From Alistipes timonensis JC136 (GTDB lineage Bacteria > Bacteroidota > Bacteroidia > Bacteroidales > Rikenellaceae): a stretch of 32,000 nt of DNA. The notes under the pieces were generated by a model. The model saw nothing but the letters and a program-made list of their open reading frames with translations, ran no database searches and was not told where the DNA came from. Position numbers and translations under genes: made by a program. This document shows positions 7,790 through 16,561 of this stretch, piece after piece; within the stretch, counting starts at the first letter, position 1; every line of letters starts with the position of its first letter. Where the stretch lies: assembly GCF_900107675.1 (NCBI RefSeq), contig NZ_FNRI01000006.1, positions 161,761 to 193,760 of the forward strand, given 5' to 3'.

Positions 7790-10700
7790 ATGAAGAAATT
7801 AGCACTCCTAATCCTGCTTTTGGTCGGCTGCGTGTCGTTGCATGCGCAAACCGCGTCGAAACCGGCCTCCAAAAAGCTGACCCTGACGGGTAAGGTCGTC
7901 TCCTCTGCCGGAGAGCCCGTGATCGGTGCGACGATCGTCGTCGAAGGTTCGAAACCGATGATCGCAACGGCCGCGGGCGTGGATGGGTCCTACTCCATCA
8001 CGCTGCCCTCCGGGTCGGTCTCGCTGACCGTCAGCTCCATCGGCTACAACAGCCGTACCGTTCCGGTGAACAACCGGACCCGGCTCGACATCACCCTCGA
8101 AACCGAGGACCGGCAGATCGACGACGTGGTCGTGGTCGGATACCAGGTTCAGAAAAAGGTCACCCTCACCGGCTCCGTCTCGGCGATCTCCGGAAAGGAC
8201 ATCGTCAAACGCGATGCTCCCAACCTCTCCTCGGCCCTTCAGGGATTGATGCCCGGTGTCAGCGTCGTGCAGGGATCGGGACGTCCCGGCGCCGACGGCG
8301 GCCAGATCACCATCCGCGGTATCGGTTCGATCAATTCGAGCACCAGCCCGCTGATCCTGATCGACGGTGTCGAAGGCGACATCAATCAGGTCGACATGAA
8401 CAGCGTGGAGAGCATCTCCGCCCTGAAAGACGCATCGGCGGCTATTTACGGTTCGCGCGCCTCGAACGGCGTCATTCTCGTCACCACCAAGCGCGGCAAG
8501 AGCGAGACGCCCCAGTTCACCTACACGGGTTACTATGCCATTACCGCTCCGACGGAGATGCCGACGCCCGTTTCCGGAGCCGAATACATGGAGTATATGA
8601 ATATCGCGGCCCTGAACTCCGGGCAGAGCATCCGTTTCGACCCCGCCTACATCGCCGAGTACAAGCGTTACGGCGCCGACAACTGGACGACGTTCGATAC
8701 CGACTGGAAGAAGGAGATGCTCAAAAAGAGTTCCTACATGCACCGCCACGCGCTGAGCATTTCCGGAAAGGGCAATATCTGCTCCTACTACATCGACGGT
8801 TCGTACCAGTTCCAGGACGGCCTGATCGAGAACAACAACTTTTCGCGCAAGACCTTCCGTGTGAATACCGACATGAACCTCGCCAAATGGGCCACCCTGA
8901 GCGTGGATTTCAGTGCTTTCGGAACCTCGGAGACCGTGCCGTCGATCTCCACTCCCGAGAAGCTGATCGGCGAGGCGCTGACCTACACCCCGACGCTGGC
9001 CGGCATCAACCGCGACGGCACTTGGGGCGAGGGTCTCAACGGTTACAATCCCATCGCCATCCTTAAGGTGGGCGGTACGCAGCGTAACGACGTGACCGGT
9101 TTCAATCCCAAGGCGAACCTGACGGTCAAACTGCCTTACAACCTCGAATTCAAAACGCTGTTCAGTTATCGCTACCAGCACGACAACCAGAAGATCGTGA
9201 CCAAACCCTACGATACTTACACGCAGGGCATGCTGAAATATACTTATCCCGACACGACGCCGGACGGAAAGGTCTCGATGTACTGGAAGAAAAATCAGCA
9301 GATCCAGTTCAACGCCAGCTTCTCCTATAAGAATACTTTCAGGGAGAACCACAATTTCAGTGCGCTGGCCGGCGTGCAGCTCGAAACGCTTCTTTCGCAG
9401 AGCCTTTCGGGTTCGCGCGAGGGATTCTTCATCCCCGGGTACGACGAGATGGGCGTCGGGTCGAAAACCCAGACCAGTTCGTCGGCGCGGGACGAGTGGG
9501 CGATGCTCTCGTATTACAGCGTGCTCAACTACAACTACAAGGAGAAATACCTCATCGAGCTCACCGGGCGTCTCGACGGTTCGTCGCGCTTCATGCCGGA
9601 CAACCGCTGGGGCTTCTTCCCCGGAGGTTCGGTGGCTTACCGTATCTCGCAGGAGCCGTTCTGGCAGTCGGTGGAGAAGTATGTCTCCTCGCTGAAGATT
9701 CGTGCCTCCTATGCGCACTTCGGCAACCAGTGGCTCAACGACTACTATCCGTTCGCGAGCCAGATGAACACTAACCTCTGGAACGGTTATTTCTTCAACG
9801 GCGAGCAGTTCTTGGGCAGCATTCAGGAGAAGCTCTTCAATGCCGACATCTCGTGGGAAACCTCCAAGCAGGCCAATATCGGTCTGGATATGGGATTCCT
9901 CGGCGACAAGCTCACGCTGACGGTCGACCTTTTCAACCGGAAGATCTCGGACCTGATCCAGGTTCCGACGATCCCGACCTTTGTCGTCTACAATGCCCCG
10001 TATTTCAATATCGGAAAGATGCAGGCGCGGGGTTATGACATTTCGATTTCGTACCGCGGCTCGTCGAAGAACGGCAACTGGCGCTATTCGTTCACGGGCA
10101 ACTTCTCCGATGCCAAGAGTACAATTCTCGAAGTCGCGGACATTGCCGATACCAATGATATTACGGCGCTGCGCCCCGGTGAACTCCGCAACGCCATCCG
10201 CGGCTGGAAGACCGACGGTTTTTACCGCGACCAGGCCGACATCGACGCTTCGCCGGCGTTCAACAACGACAAGACGAACCTCAAACCCGGTGACGTGAAG
10301 TACCGCGACAAGGACGGCAACGGCGTGATCGACTACAACGACGTCTATACGCTGGGCGACGGAAGTCCCCGCTACCTATACAGCCTGACGGCCAACATCT
10401 CGTGGAAGAATTTCGACCTTTCGGTCTTCATCCAGGGGGTCGGCGAGCGGATGAAGCGCTACAACGGCGCCGGTATCGTCCCGTTCGACAACGGACGTTC
10501 GATGTTCGAAAGCCAGACCGACTATTGGCGCGAGGACAACCTCAATGCCAAGTTCCCCCGGCTGTCGATCAACAACAAGAACAACTACTACTCGTCCGAC
10601 GTCTGGGTGAAGAATGCCGGTTACGTGCGTCTGAAGAATGTGTCGCTGAGCTACCGCATTCCCAAGAAGGTCATCTCGAAGCTCCGTCTCCAGAGCGCGC

Positions 10701-10840
10701 GCGTCTATGTCACCGGGCAAAACCTCTTCACGCTCTCCGATGCTTTCGAAGGGTTCGATCCGGAGGGTAACAACTCTTACGGTTCCGAGTTCTATCCGAT
10801 CATGCGTGTATTTACCGTCGGTCTTGATTTACGCTTCTGA
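7790..10840 (+). CDS. susC: SusC/RagA family TonB-dependent outer-membrane transporter
   Basis: 1016-aa ORF with a signal peptide and a carboxypeptidase-regulatory-like domain (LTGKVVSSAGEPVIGATIVVEGS). It has plug motifs (IRGIGSINSSTSPLILIDGVEG, ISALKDASAAIYGSRASNGVILVTTKRG) and a C-terminal beta-barrel ending in F. There is no STN (anti-sigma signalling) extension. Confidence 0.95.
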   Translation: MKKLALLILLLVGCVSLHAQTASKPASKKLTLTGKVVSSAGEPVIGATIVVEGSKPMIATAAGVDGSYSITLPSGSVSLTVSSIGYNSRTVPVNNRTRLDITLETEDRQIDDVVVVGYQVQKKVTLTGSVSAISGKDIVKRDAPNLSSALQGLMPGVSVVQGSGRPGADGGQITIRGIGSINSSTSPLILIDGVEGDINQVDMNSVESISALKDASAAIYGSRASNGVILVTTKRGKSETPQFTYTGYYAITAPTEMPTPVSGAEYMEYMNIAALNSGQSIRFDPAYIAEYKRYGADNWTTFDTDWKKEMLKKSSYMHRHALSISGKGNICSYYIDGSYQFQDGLIENNNFSRKTFRVNTDMNLAKWATLSVDFSAFGTSETVPSISTPEKLIGEALTYTPTLAGINRDGTWGEGLNGYNPIAILKVGGTQRNDVTGFNPKANLTVKLPYNLEFKTLFSYRYQHDNQKIVTKPYDTYTQGMLKYTYPDTTPDGKVSMYWKKNQQIQFNASFSYKNTFRENHNFSALAGVQLETLLSQSLSGSREGFFIPGYDEMGVGSKTQTSSSARDEWAMLSYYSVLNYNYKEKYLIELTGRLDGSSRFMPDNRWGFFPGGSVAYRISQEPFWQSVEKYVSSLKIRASYAHFGNQWLNDYYPFASQMNTNLWNGYFFNGEQFLGSIQEKLFNADISWETSKQANIGLDMGFLGDKLTLTVDLFNRKISDLIQVPTIPTFVVYNAPYFNIGKMQARGYDISISYRGSSKNGNWRYSFTGNFSDAKSTILEVADIADTNDITALRPGELRNAIRGWKTDGFYRDQADIDASPAFNNDKTNLKPGDVKYRDKDGNGVIDYNDVYTLGDGSPRYLYSLTANISWKNFDLSVFIQGVGERMKRYNGAGIVPFDNGRSMFESQTDYWREDNLNAKFPRLSINNKNNYYSSDVWVKNAGYVRLKNVSLSYRIPKKVISKLRLQSARVYVTGQNLFTLSDAFEGFDPEGNNSYGSEFYPIMRVFTVGLDLRF

Positions 10841-10842
10841 TT

Positions 10843-12690
10843 ATGAAAAAGTTCATTAAATATCCGATCCTGCTGCTCTGCCTGCTGTCGATGACATCCT
10901 GCGCGGAGGACTTCCTGAACCGCTACCCGTCGAAACCCACCACGGGAGACTTCTTCAAAAGCGAGGAGGCCGCCAAACTGGCGCTGACGGGAATCTACAA
11001 CGGCCTCTACCTCTGGTCGAGCGGCGCCGCCATCGGCTATATGCTCCCCGGGCCCGCCTCTTACGACGCCCTGACCGGGTTGGTGATGACCCGCGACGAG
11101 AACGAAACGCTCGGTTCCGGCCGGATCTGGCCCGACGACAGCACGATTCTCGCCTACTGGAAATCGTGGTATGTCATCATCCAGCGTGCCAACACCATGC
11201 TGGTCAATGCCGATCCCTCGCAGTCCGGGAACATGGCGCGTCTTACGGCCGAAGCCCGTGTGCTCCGGGCCATGGCTTACTACTACCTGATCTCGATGTT
11301 CGGCGACGTGCCCTTCTTTACCGCGCCGCCGGCGTTCGAGGATTTCAAATGTCAGCGCACGTCGAAGGTCACGATCCTCGACTTCGTACTCAGGGAGTTG
11401 GATGAGGCGGCCGCGATCCTTCCCGAATGGACCGCTTCCGAGCGGGGCCGGGTCGACAAGGCTGCGGCCTACGGCATCCTGTCGCGCGCCGCGCTGATGG
11501 GCGGCAGTTTCAACTACAACAATGATGCGGCTCATTACTTTAAGATCGCCGCCGATGCGGCCGAGAAGGTGATCGGCAAGCGCGGATTGTGCAAGGACTT
11601 CGGATCGCTCTTCACCACGACGGGACAGGCGCAGCCCGATGCCCGCGATGAGCTCATTCTGGAAATTGCATTCTACAACACGGGAGAGGCGAAGTTTCAT
11701 TATGTGGGCTATACCGAGACGAGCCGTTTTGTCGGGCAGACCAGCCGTTATCCGACCCAGACGCTCTTCGATACCTTCGAGTGCATCGACGGCAAACGGA
11801 TCGACGAGTCGCCGCTCTACGATCCCACCGACCCGAAAAAGAACCGCGACCCGCGGCTCCGGTCCTCGATCTTCATCACGGGCGACACCATTACGGTTAA
11901 TACGGGCAGCGGCAAGGTGAAGGCGATCCTCAATGCCTACGAGGGTGATTCGAACGATAAGGAGAATTATCGTAAGACGTTGAAATACAATTATGATACG
12001 CAAAAGTGGGAGAAGACGGACAACCTCGATTTCACCGATCCGTCGGCATTCACCAGCTTCGCCAATGCGGGCAAAGGCTATATGTGCGGCAAGTTCCAGC
12101 GCGACAGTACGGAGAACATCAGCCAGTCGACCGTCAACTTCCCGATCCTGCGTTATGCGGAGGTGCTGCTGAACTTCGCCGAAGCGAAGATCGAGCTCTG
12201 GGCCCTGGGCGCCGAAGCCGAGGACGACCGCATCTATACGGCGATCAACGAGGTCCGCAACCGCGTCGGCATGCCCGACGTGTCGAGCGACCGGGTCGGC
12301 AATGTGGAGAAGATGCGCCAGTTGGTGCGCCGCGAGCGCAAGGTGGAACTCGCATTCGAGGGGCTTCACCTGATCGACCTGCGCCGCTGGGACATCGGCG
12401 ACCTGGAGAACTCGCAGCCGGTCTACGGCATGCCCGAAGAGAAATACGGCGGGTTCAAGGCCCCGTATCCTTCGGTCCAAAAGCTGCCGGTGTTCAATAA
12501 GACCGCCCGCCACGACCTGAACGACATTGCGACCTATCCGGATGCCGAAATCCGCCTCGTGCGCGACAAGAACCGCAAATGGGAGTCGCATTACCGCCTG
12601 TGGCCCATTCCGCAGTCGGAGGTCAGCAAGACCGGCATGTCGCAGAATCCCGGATACGCCGGAGGGGCGACCGATACGTCGAATCAGTGA
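10843..12690 (+). CDS. susD: SusD/RagB family nutrient-binding outer-membrane lipoprotein
   Basis: 615-aa ORF starting 3 nt after the susC stop. It has lipobox LSMTSC followed by AEDFLNRYP, the canonical SusD N-terminus. TPR-like helices follow (RVLRAMAYYYLISMFGDVPF, LRYAEVLLNFAEA, RERKVELAFEGLHLIDLRRW). Confidence 0.95.
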   Translation: MKKFIKYPILLLCLLSMTSCAEDFLNRYPSKPTTGDFFKSEEAAKLALTGIYNGLYLWSSGAAIGYMLPGPASYDALTGLVMTRDENETLGSGRIWPDDSTILAYWKSWYVIIQRANTMLVNADPSQSGNMARLTAEARVLRAMAYYYLISMFGDVPFFTAPPAFEDFKCQRTSKVTILDFVLRELDEAAAILPEWTASERGRVDKAAAYGILSRAALMGGSFNYNNDAAHYFKIAADAAEKVIGKRGLCKDFGSLFTTTGQAQPDARDELILEIAFYNTGEAKFHYVGYTETSRFVGQTSRYPTQTLFDTFECIDGKRIDESPLYDPTDPKKNRDPRLRSSIFITGDTITVNTGSGKVKAILNAYEGDSNDKENYRKTLKYNYDTQKWEKTDNLDFTDPSAFTSFANAGKGYMCGKFQRDSTENISQSTVNFPILRYAEVLLNFAEAKIELWALGAEAEDDRIYTAINEVRNRVGMPDVSSDRVGNVEKMRQLVRRERKVELAFEGLHLIDLRRWDIGDLENSQPVYGMPEEKYGGFKAPYPSVQKLPVFNKTARHDLNDIATYPDAEIRLVRDKNRKWESHYRLWPIPQSEVSKTGMSQNPGYAGGATDTSNQ

Positions 12691-12713
12691 CGGATCGCCG
12701 TCGATCGATAATT

Positions 12714-12758
12714 GGCAAGAGGAGTTTTTGACAGGAAAATTCCTCTTGCCTGATTTTC
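12714..12758 (+). terminator. Hairpin / partial terminator downstream of susD
   Basis: GGCAAGAGGA (12714-12723) pairs perfectly with TCCTCTTGCC (12741-12750) and is followed by TGATTTTC. Confidence 0.5.
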
Positions 12759-12778
12759 AAATGCAACAGATTAATCCT

Positions 12779-14977
12779 ATGAAGTCATTTTTTGCAATCC
12801 TCGCGCTGCTGGCCGCGGTCGTGTCGTTGCCGGCAGGGTGCGGCCGCCCGGACGCCGACGTCGCCGCGGCACAGGGATTGGCCGGACGCATCGTCCCCGG
12901 CTACGCTTCGAAGATACGCTTCGAGAAGCTGGCTCCCGCGGCGGATTCCACGGACCGGTTCGAACTGGAGACGGTCGGCCGAAAGCTGGTCGTCCGGGGC
13001 AACAACGCCAACTCGATGGCCGTGGGCCTGAACCATTTCCTGAAATATTACGCCCGCACGAGCGTCTCGTGGTTTGCCGGCCAGCCGGTCGAGGTGCCCG
13101 CGGAGATGCCCGTGGTGGCGGAAAAGGTCGCGCACAGCGCTCTGCTTGACGACCGCTTCTTTTTGAATTACTGCACGTTCGGATATACGATGGTGTGGTG
13201 GCAGTGGCGCGACTGGGAGCGGCTGATCGACTGGATGGCGCTCAACGGCGTGACCCTTCCGCTGGCGATCACGGGGCAGGAGGCCGTGTGGGCGCGGGTG
13301 TGGCAGAGACTCGGGCTCACCGACGAGCAGGTCCGCAGCTATTTCACCGGTCCGGCCCATCTGCCGTGGCACCGGATGTCGAATCTCGACTACTGGCAGT
13401 CGCCGCTGCCCCAGAGCTGGCTCGACGCGCAGGTGGAGCTGCAGAAGCGGATCGTGGCCCGTGAGCGGGAGCTGAACATGAAACCCGTGCTTCCGGCCTT
13501 CGCCGGACATGTCCCCGCGGAGCTGGGTGAAATTTACCCGGAGGCCAAAATCTCGCGCATGAGCAAATGGGGCGGTTTCGAGGATCGTTACCGCAGCCAT
13601 TTCCTCGATCCGCTCGATCCGCTCTTCGCGCGGATTCAGCGGGAGTTCCTCGCCGAGCAGACCGCACTCTTCGGCACGGACCATATTTACGGTGCCGATC
13701 CGTTCAACGAGGTCGATCCGCCGAGCTGGGAACCGGAGTTCCTCGCCCGGGTCTCCCGGACGATTTACGACACGATGACCGAAGCCGATCCCGAGGCCGA
13801 ATGGCTCCAGATGACGTGGCTGTTCTACCTCGACCGCGACAAGTGGCACGACGACCGGATCGAAGCGTTCGTCACGGCCGTACCGCAGGACAAGATGCTG
13901 TTGCTGGACTATTATTGCGAGAATACGGAGGTGTGGCGCCAGACCCATAGCTACCACGGGCAGCCCTATTTCTGGTGCTATCTGGGCAATTTCGGCGGCA
14001 ACACGATGCTGGTGGGCAATTTCGACGAGGTCTCGAAGCGTATCGACGGAGTGCTGGCCGAAGGCGGGAACAACCTGCGGGGTCTCGGTTCTACGCTCGA
14101 GGGGCTGGATTCGAACCCCTTCATGTACGACTATGTTTTCGAACGTGCGTGGGATTTTCCGGTCGATGACGACCGGTGGTTCGACGCGCTGGCCGACCGT
14201 TACCTGGGGTATGAGGATACGGGCTACCGCCGGGCCTGGGACGCCCTGCGCAAAAATGTCTACATCACCTCTTCGAAATACGGCCACTGTCCGCTGCTGA
14301 ATGCCCGGCCCACGCTGGAGGGCATTCTCACGGGTACCACCGATGCGGAGATCAAATACGACAACGACGAGCTGTTCGAGGTCTGGGCGAAGATGATCGA
14401 CGCCGGGGATTCCGGGCGCGACACCTATCGCTATTGGCTCGTGAATGTCGGCCGGCAGACTTTGGGCAACCTTTTCCTGCCGCTGCGCGACGGGTTCACG
14501 GCGGCTTGCCGGGCGAAGGATCTCGCACGGATGAAGGAGCTGCGGAGCGAAATGCTGGAACTGGCGGCGGACCTCGAGACATTGACGGCGCAGCACGGCG
14601 CCTTCTCGATGCAGAAGTGGATCGACGACTCGCGCTCCTTCGGCACGACTCCCGAAGAGCGGGATTACTACGAGGTGAATGGCCGCACGCTTCTCACGAC
14701 GTGGGGCGACCGGGCGCAGAGCATCAACGACTACGCCAACCGCACGTGGTCGGGGCTGGTGGCGGATTACTACGCCGAGCGCTGGCGGATGTTCCTCGAT
14801 GCGGCGGTCGGAGCCGTCGAAGCGGGGCGGAAGTTCGATGAAGAGGCGATCTTCAACGCCATGGCCGATTTCGAAAAGGAGTTTGCCGGCAGCACGAAGC
14901 CGCTGACGCAGACCCCCGCGGGCGATGTCTGTGAGATCGTCCGGGAGCTTTACCTGAAATACAAACCCGAATCATGA
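12779..14977 (+). CDS. Alpha-N-acetylglucosaminidase (NAGLU-like, GH89), lipoprotein
   Basis: The track ORF begins at 12527, but that extension overlaps the susD 3' end and the hairpin. The ATG at 12779 gives MKSFFAILALLAAVVSLPAGCG (lipobox). The body matches the NAGLU N-terminal, TIM-barrel and C-terminal domains (FLNYCTFGYTMVWWQWRDWERLIDWMALNGVTLPLA, FTGPAHLPWHRMSN, KPVLPAFAGHVP, WCYLGNFGGN). Confidence 0.9.
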   Translation: MKSFFAILALLAAVVSLPAGCGRPDADVAAAQGLAGRIVPGYASKIRFEKLAPAADSTDRFELETVGRKLVVRGNNANSMAVGLNHFLKYYARTSVSWFAGQPVEVPAEMPVVAEKVAHSALLDDRFFLNYCTFGYTMVWWQWRDWERLIDWMALNGVTLPLAITGQEAVWARVWQRLGLTDEQVRSYFTGPAHLPWHRMSNLDYWQSPLPQSWLDAQVELQKRIVARERELNMKPVLPAFAGHVPAELGEIYPEAKISRMSKWGGFEDRYRSHFLDPLDPLFARIQREFLAEQTALFGTDHIYGADPFNEVDPPSWEPEFLARVSRTIYDTMTEADPEAEWLQMTWLFYLDRDKWHDDRIEAFVTAVPQDKMLLLDYYCENTEVWRQTHSYHGQPYFWCYLGNFGGNTMLVGNFDEVSKRIDGVLAEGGNNLRGLGSTLEGLDSNPFMYDYVFERAWDFPVDDDRWFDALADRYLGYEDTGYRRAWDALRKNVYITSSKYGHCPLLNARPTLEGILTGTTDAEIKYDNDELFEVWAKMIDAGDSGRDTYRYWLVNVGRQTLGNLFLPLRDGFTAACRAKDLARMKELRSEMLELAADLETLTAQHGAFSMQKWIDDSRSFGTTPEERDYYEVNGRTLLTTWGDRAQSINDYANRTWSGLVADYYAERWRMFLDAAVGAVEAGRKFDEEAIFNAMADFEKEFAGSTKPLTQTPAGDVCEIVRELYLKYKPES

Positions 14978-16266
14978 AAAAGAGTATTGTTTTTGCCTTG
15001 CTGGCATTGCTGGGCTGCACGCAGTTGTCGGCGCAGGGGAGCGCCCAGACCCCGATGGTCAAAGTGCGCATCACGCCGACGAACGGCTCGTGGGACTACC
15101 GCGTCGGGGAACGGATCAAAATGGCGGTGAGCGTGGAACTGAACGAGCTTCCGCTCCGCGATGTCGCGTTCACCTATGAAGCCGGTCCGGAGCTGGTCGA
15201 ACCGACGGTGACGGGGCAGGCGACGACCAAAGACGGCTCCGTGACGCTGGACCTCGGACGGATGGACAAACCCGGATTTTTCAACCTCGATGTCCGCGTC
15301 AGGGTGAACGGGGTGGACTACCGTCAGTGGAAAACCGTCGCCGTGGACAAGGAGCGCATCGAACCGACGGTGACGATGCCGGCCGATTTCCAGTCCTACT
15401 GGCAGTCGCAGCTCGACGCCGATGCGGCCATGCCCCTCCGGCCCCGGATGGAGCTGCTTCCCGAGCGCTGCACCGACAGGACCGATGTCTACGAGGTGAG
15501 CTATCTCTACACGCCCCAGGGAGGGCGCTTCTACGGCATTCTGTGCGTGCCGAAAGCCGAGGGGAAATACCCGGCCGTCCTGCGCGTTCCCGGAGCGGGC
15601 GTGCGGAGCTATCAGGGGAGCGCCTGGCAGGCCGACAAGGGCTTCATAACGCTCGATGTCGGCATTCACGGCATTCCGGTCACGCTCGAACCGGTCGTCT
15701 ACGAACGGCTCTTTGCGGGGATTCTCAACCGCTATTACACGATGAACCTCGAAAGCCGCGACGATTACTATTACAACCGGGTGATCCGGGGCTGCAAACG
15801 GGCCGTCGACCTTATCTTCACACTCGACAAGTTCAACGGCAGGATAGGCGTTCAGGGCAGCAGCCAGGGCGGCGCCCTGACGGTGATGGTGGCGGCGCTC
15901 GATCCGCGGGTGTGCTGCGCGGCGGCGGCCCTGCCGGCGATGAGCGACATGACGGGGTATCTTCACGGCCGTGCCGGAGGATGGCCCCAGATTTTGAAAA
16001 ATCCCGCGGAGTGCATCTATAACCGGAAGGAGATCGTCAATACGCTGTTGTATTACGACACGGTCAATTTCGCGCGTCTGCTGAAAATCCCGATCTATTA
16101 CATGCTGAGTTACAACGACAAGGTGTGCCCTCCGACCTCGACGTTCTCGGTTTACAATGCGACTGCGGCGCCCAAGCGGATGCAGCTCACCCACGAAACC
16201 GGCCACTGGTACTATCCCGAGCAGGCCGGGCAGATGGATACTTATATCGAAAAGGCATTGCAGTGA
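14974..16266 (+). CDS. CE7-type acetyl esterase (acetylxylan esterase / cephalosporin-C deacetylase family) with N-terminal Ig-like domain
   Basis: 430-aa ORF whose ATGA start overlaps the GH89 stop. It has a signal peptide, a GSSQGG nucleophile elbow (the GxSQGG hallmark of CE7), and later YNDKVCP (Asp) and THETGHW (His). Confidence 0.85.
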   Translation: MKKSIVFALLALLGCTQLSAQGSAQTPMVKVRITPTNGSWDYRVGERIKMAVSVELNELPLRDVAFTYEAGPELVEPTVTGQATTKDGSVTLDLGRMDKPGFFNLDVRVRVNGVDYRQWKTVAVDKERIEPTVTMPADFQSYWQSQLDADAAMPLRPRMELLPERCTDRTDVYEVSYLYTPQGGRFYGILCVPKAEGKYPAVLRVPGAGVRSYQGSAWQADKGFITLDVGIHGIPVTLEPVVYERLFAGILNRYYTMNLESRDDYYYNRVIRGCKRAVDLIFTLDKFNGRIGVQGSSQGGALTVMVAALDPRVCCAAAALPAMSDMTGYLHGRAGGWPQILKNPAECIYNRKEIVNTLLYYDTVNFARLLKIPIYYMLSYNDKVCPPTSTFSVYNATAAPKRMQLTHETGHWYYPEQAGQMDTYIEKALQ

Positions 16267-16277
16267 CCCCGAACGAA

Positions 16278-16309
16278 AAAAAGAGTTGTACAAGTGTACA
16301 ACTCTTTTT
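16278..16309. terminator. Bidirectional intrinsic terminator between the esterase gene (+) and tRNA(CAT) (-)
   Basis: AAAAAGAGTTGTAC / GTACAACTCTTTTT forms a perfect 14-bp stem with loop AAGT. The A-run and T-run flank it, so it can terminate transcription on both strands. Confidence 0.7.
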
Positions 16310-16318
16310 CGGTGAATG

Positions 16319-16392
16319 TGGGCCCAGAGGGGCATGATCCCACGACCTTCGGATTATGAGTCCGCTGCTCTGACCAACTGAGCTATGGGCCC
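16319..16392 (-). tRNA. tRNA with CAT anticodon (elongator Met or lysidine-modified Ile2); not an initiator
   Basis: The reverse complement is GGGCCCATAGCTCAGTTGGTCAGAGCAGCGGACTCATAATCCGAAGGTCGTGGGATCATGCCCCTCTGGGCCCA. It folds as a 7-bp acceptor, a GCTC/GAGC D-arm, anticodon loop CTCATAA and a 5-nt variable loop. The 1:72 pair is intact and there is no GGG/CCC anticodon stem, so it is not tRNA-fMet. The T-loop is non-canonical (see findings). Confidence 0.8.
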
Positions 16393-16423
16393 GGTCCAAC
16401 GCCTGCGGGGCGCTTTTGTGGCG

Positions 16424-16431
16424 CAAAGATA
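16424..16431 (-). promoter_or_regulatory. -7 promoter box TATCTTTG (minus strand) for tRNA(CAT)
   Basis: Plus-strand CAAAGATA is the reverse complement of the TAnnTTTG consensus. It lies 32 nt upstream of the tRNA 5' end. Confidence 0.4.
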
Positions 16432-16516
16432 GAAAAACTATCCGGATTGCGCAACCCCGCGACGCATCGGGTGTGAAAAAATTTACGCGCAGGCTTGTTT
16501 GTTGCGAATTAATTCG

Positions 16517-16524
16517 TACCTTTG
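16517..16524 (+). promoter_or_regulatory. -7 promoter box TACCTTTG for the L31 gene
   Basis: Exact TAnnTTTG 38 nt upstream of the ATG at 16562, with a TTTG at 16498-16501 upstream. Confidence 0.5.
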
Positions 16525-16561
16525 TCGCGCTTAAGCATTAATTAAATACAAAAACGACGAA

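Noticed and set aside
12527-12778. 84-codon N-terminal extension of the GH89 ORF in the track
   Set aside because: It overlaps the last 164 nt of susD and the post-susD hairpin, and it translates to an Arg/Pro-rich non-protein-like sequence. A proper lipoprotein signal peptide starts at the ATG at 12779.
3695-16335. Series of long minus-strand ORFs (3695-4657, 5064-6155, 6216-7064, 7808-9718, 10792-12591, 12785-14596, 14950-16335) opposite the PUL genes
   Set aside because: Each lies fully inside a well-supported plus-strand gene that has signal peptides and family motifs. The antisense products are Arg/His/Gly-rich and featureless, so they are shadow frames.
16393-16561. Possible Zur/metal-regulatory operator upstream of the type B L31 gene
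   Set aside because: Type B L31 is Zur-regulated in many bacteria, but I saw no clear AT-rich palindromic Zur-like box. The only symmetry is GATAG-N5-CTATC at about 16428-16442, which overlaps the tRNA promoter box. In Bacteroidota the type B protein is commonly the only L31. The evidence is not enough to report.
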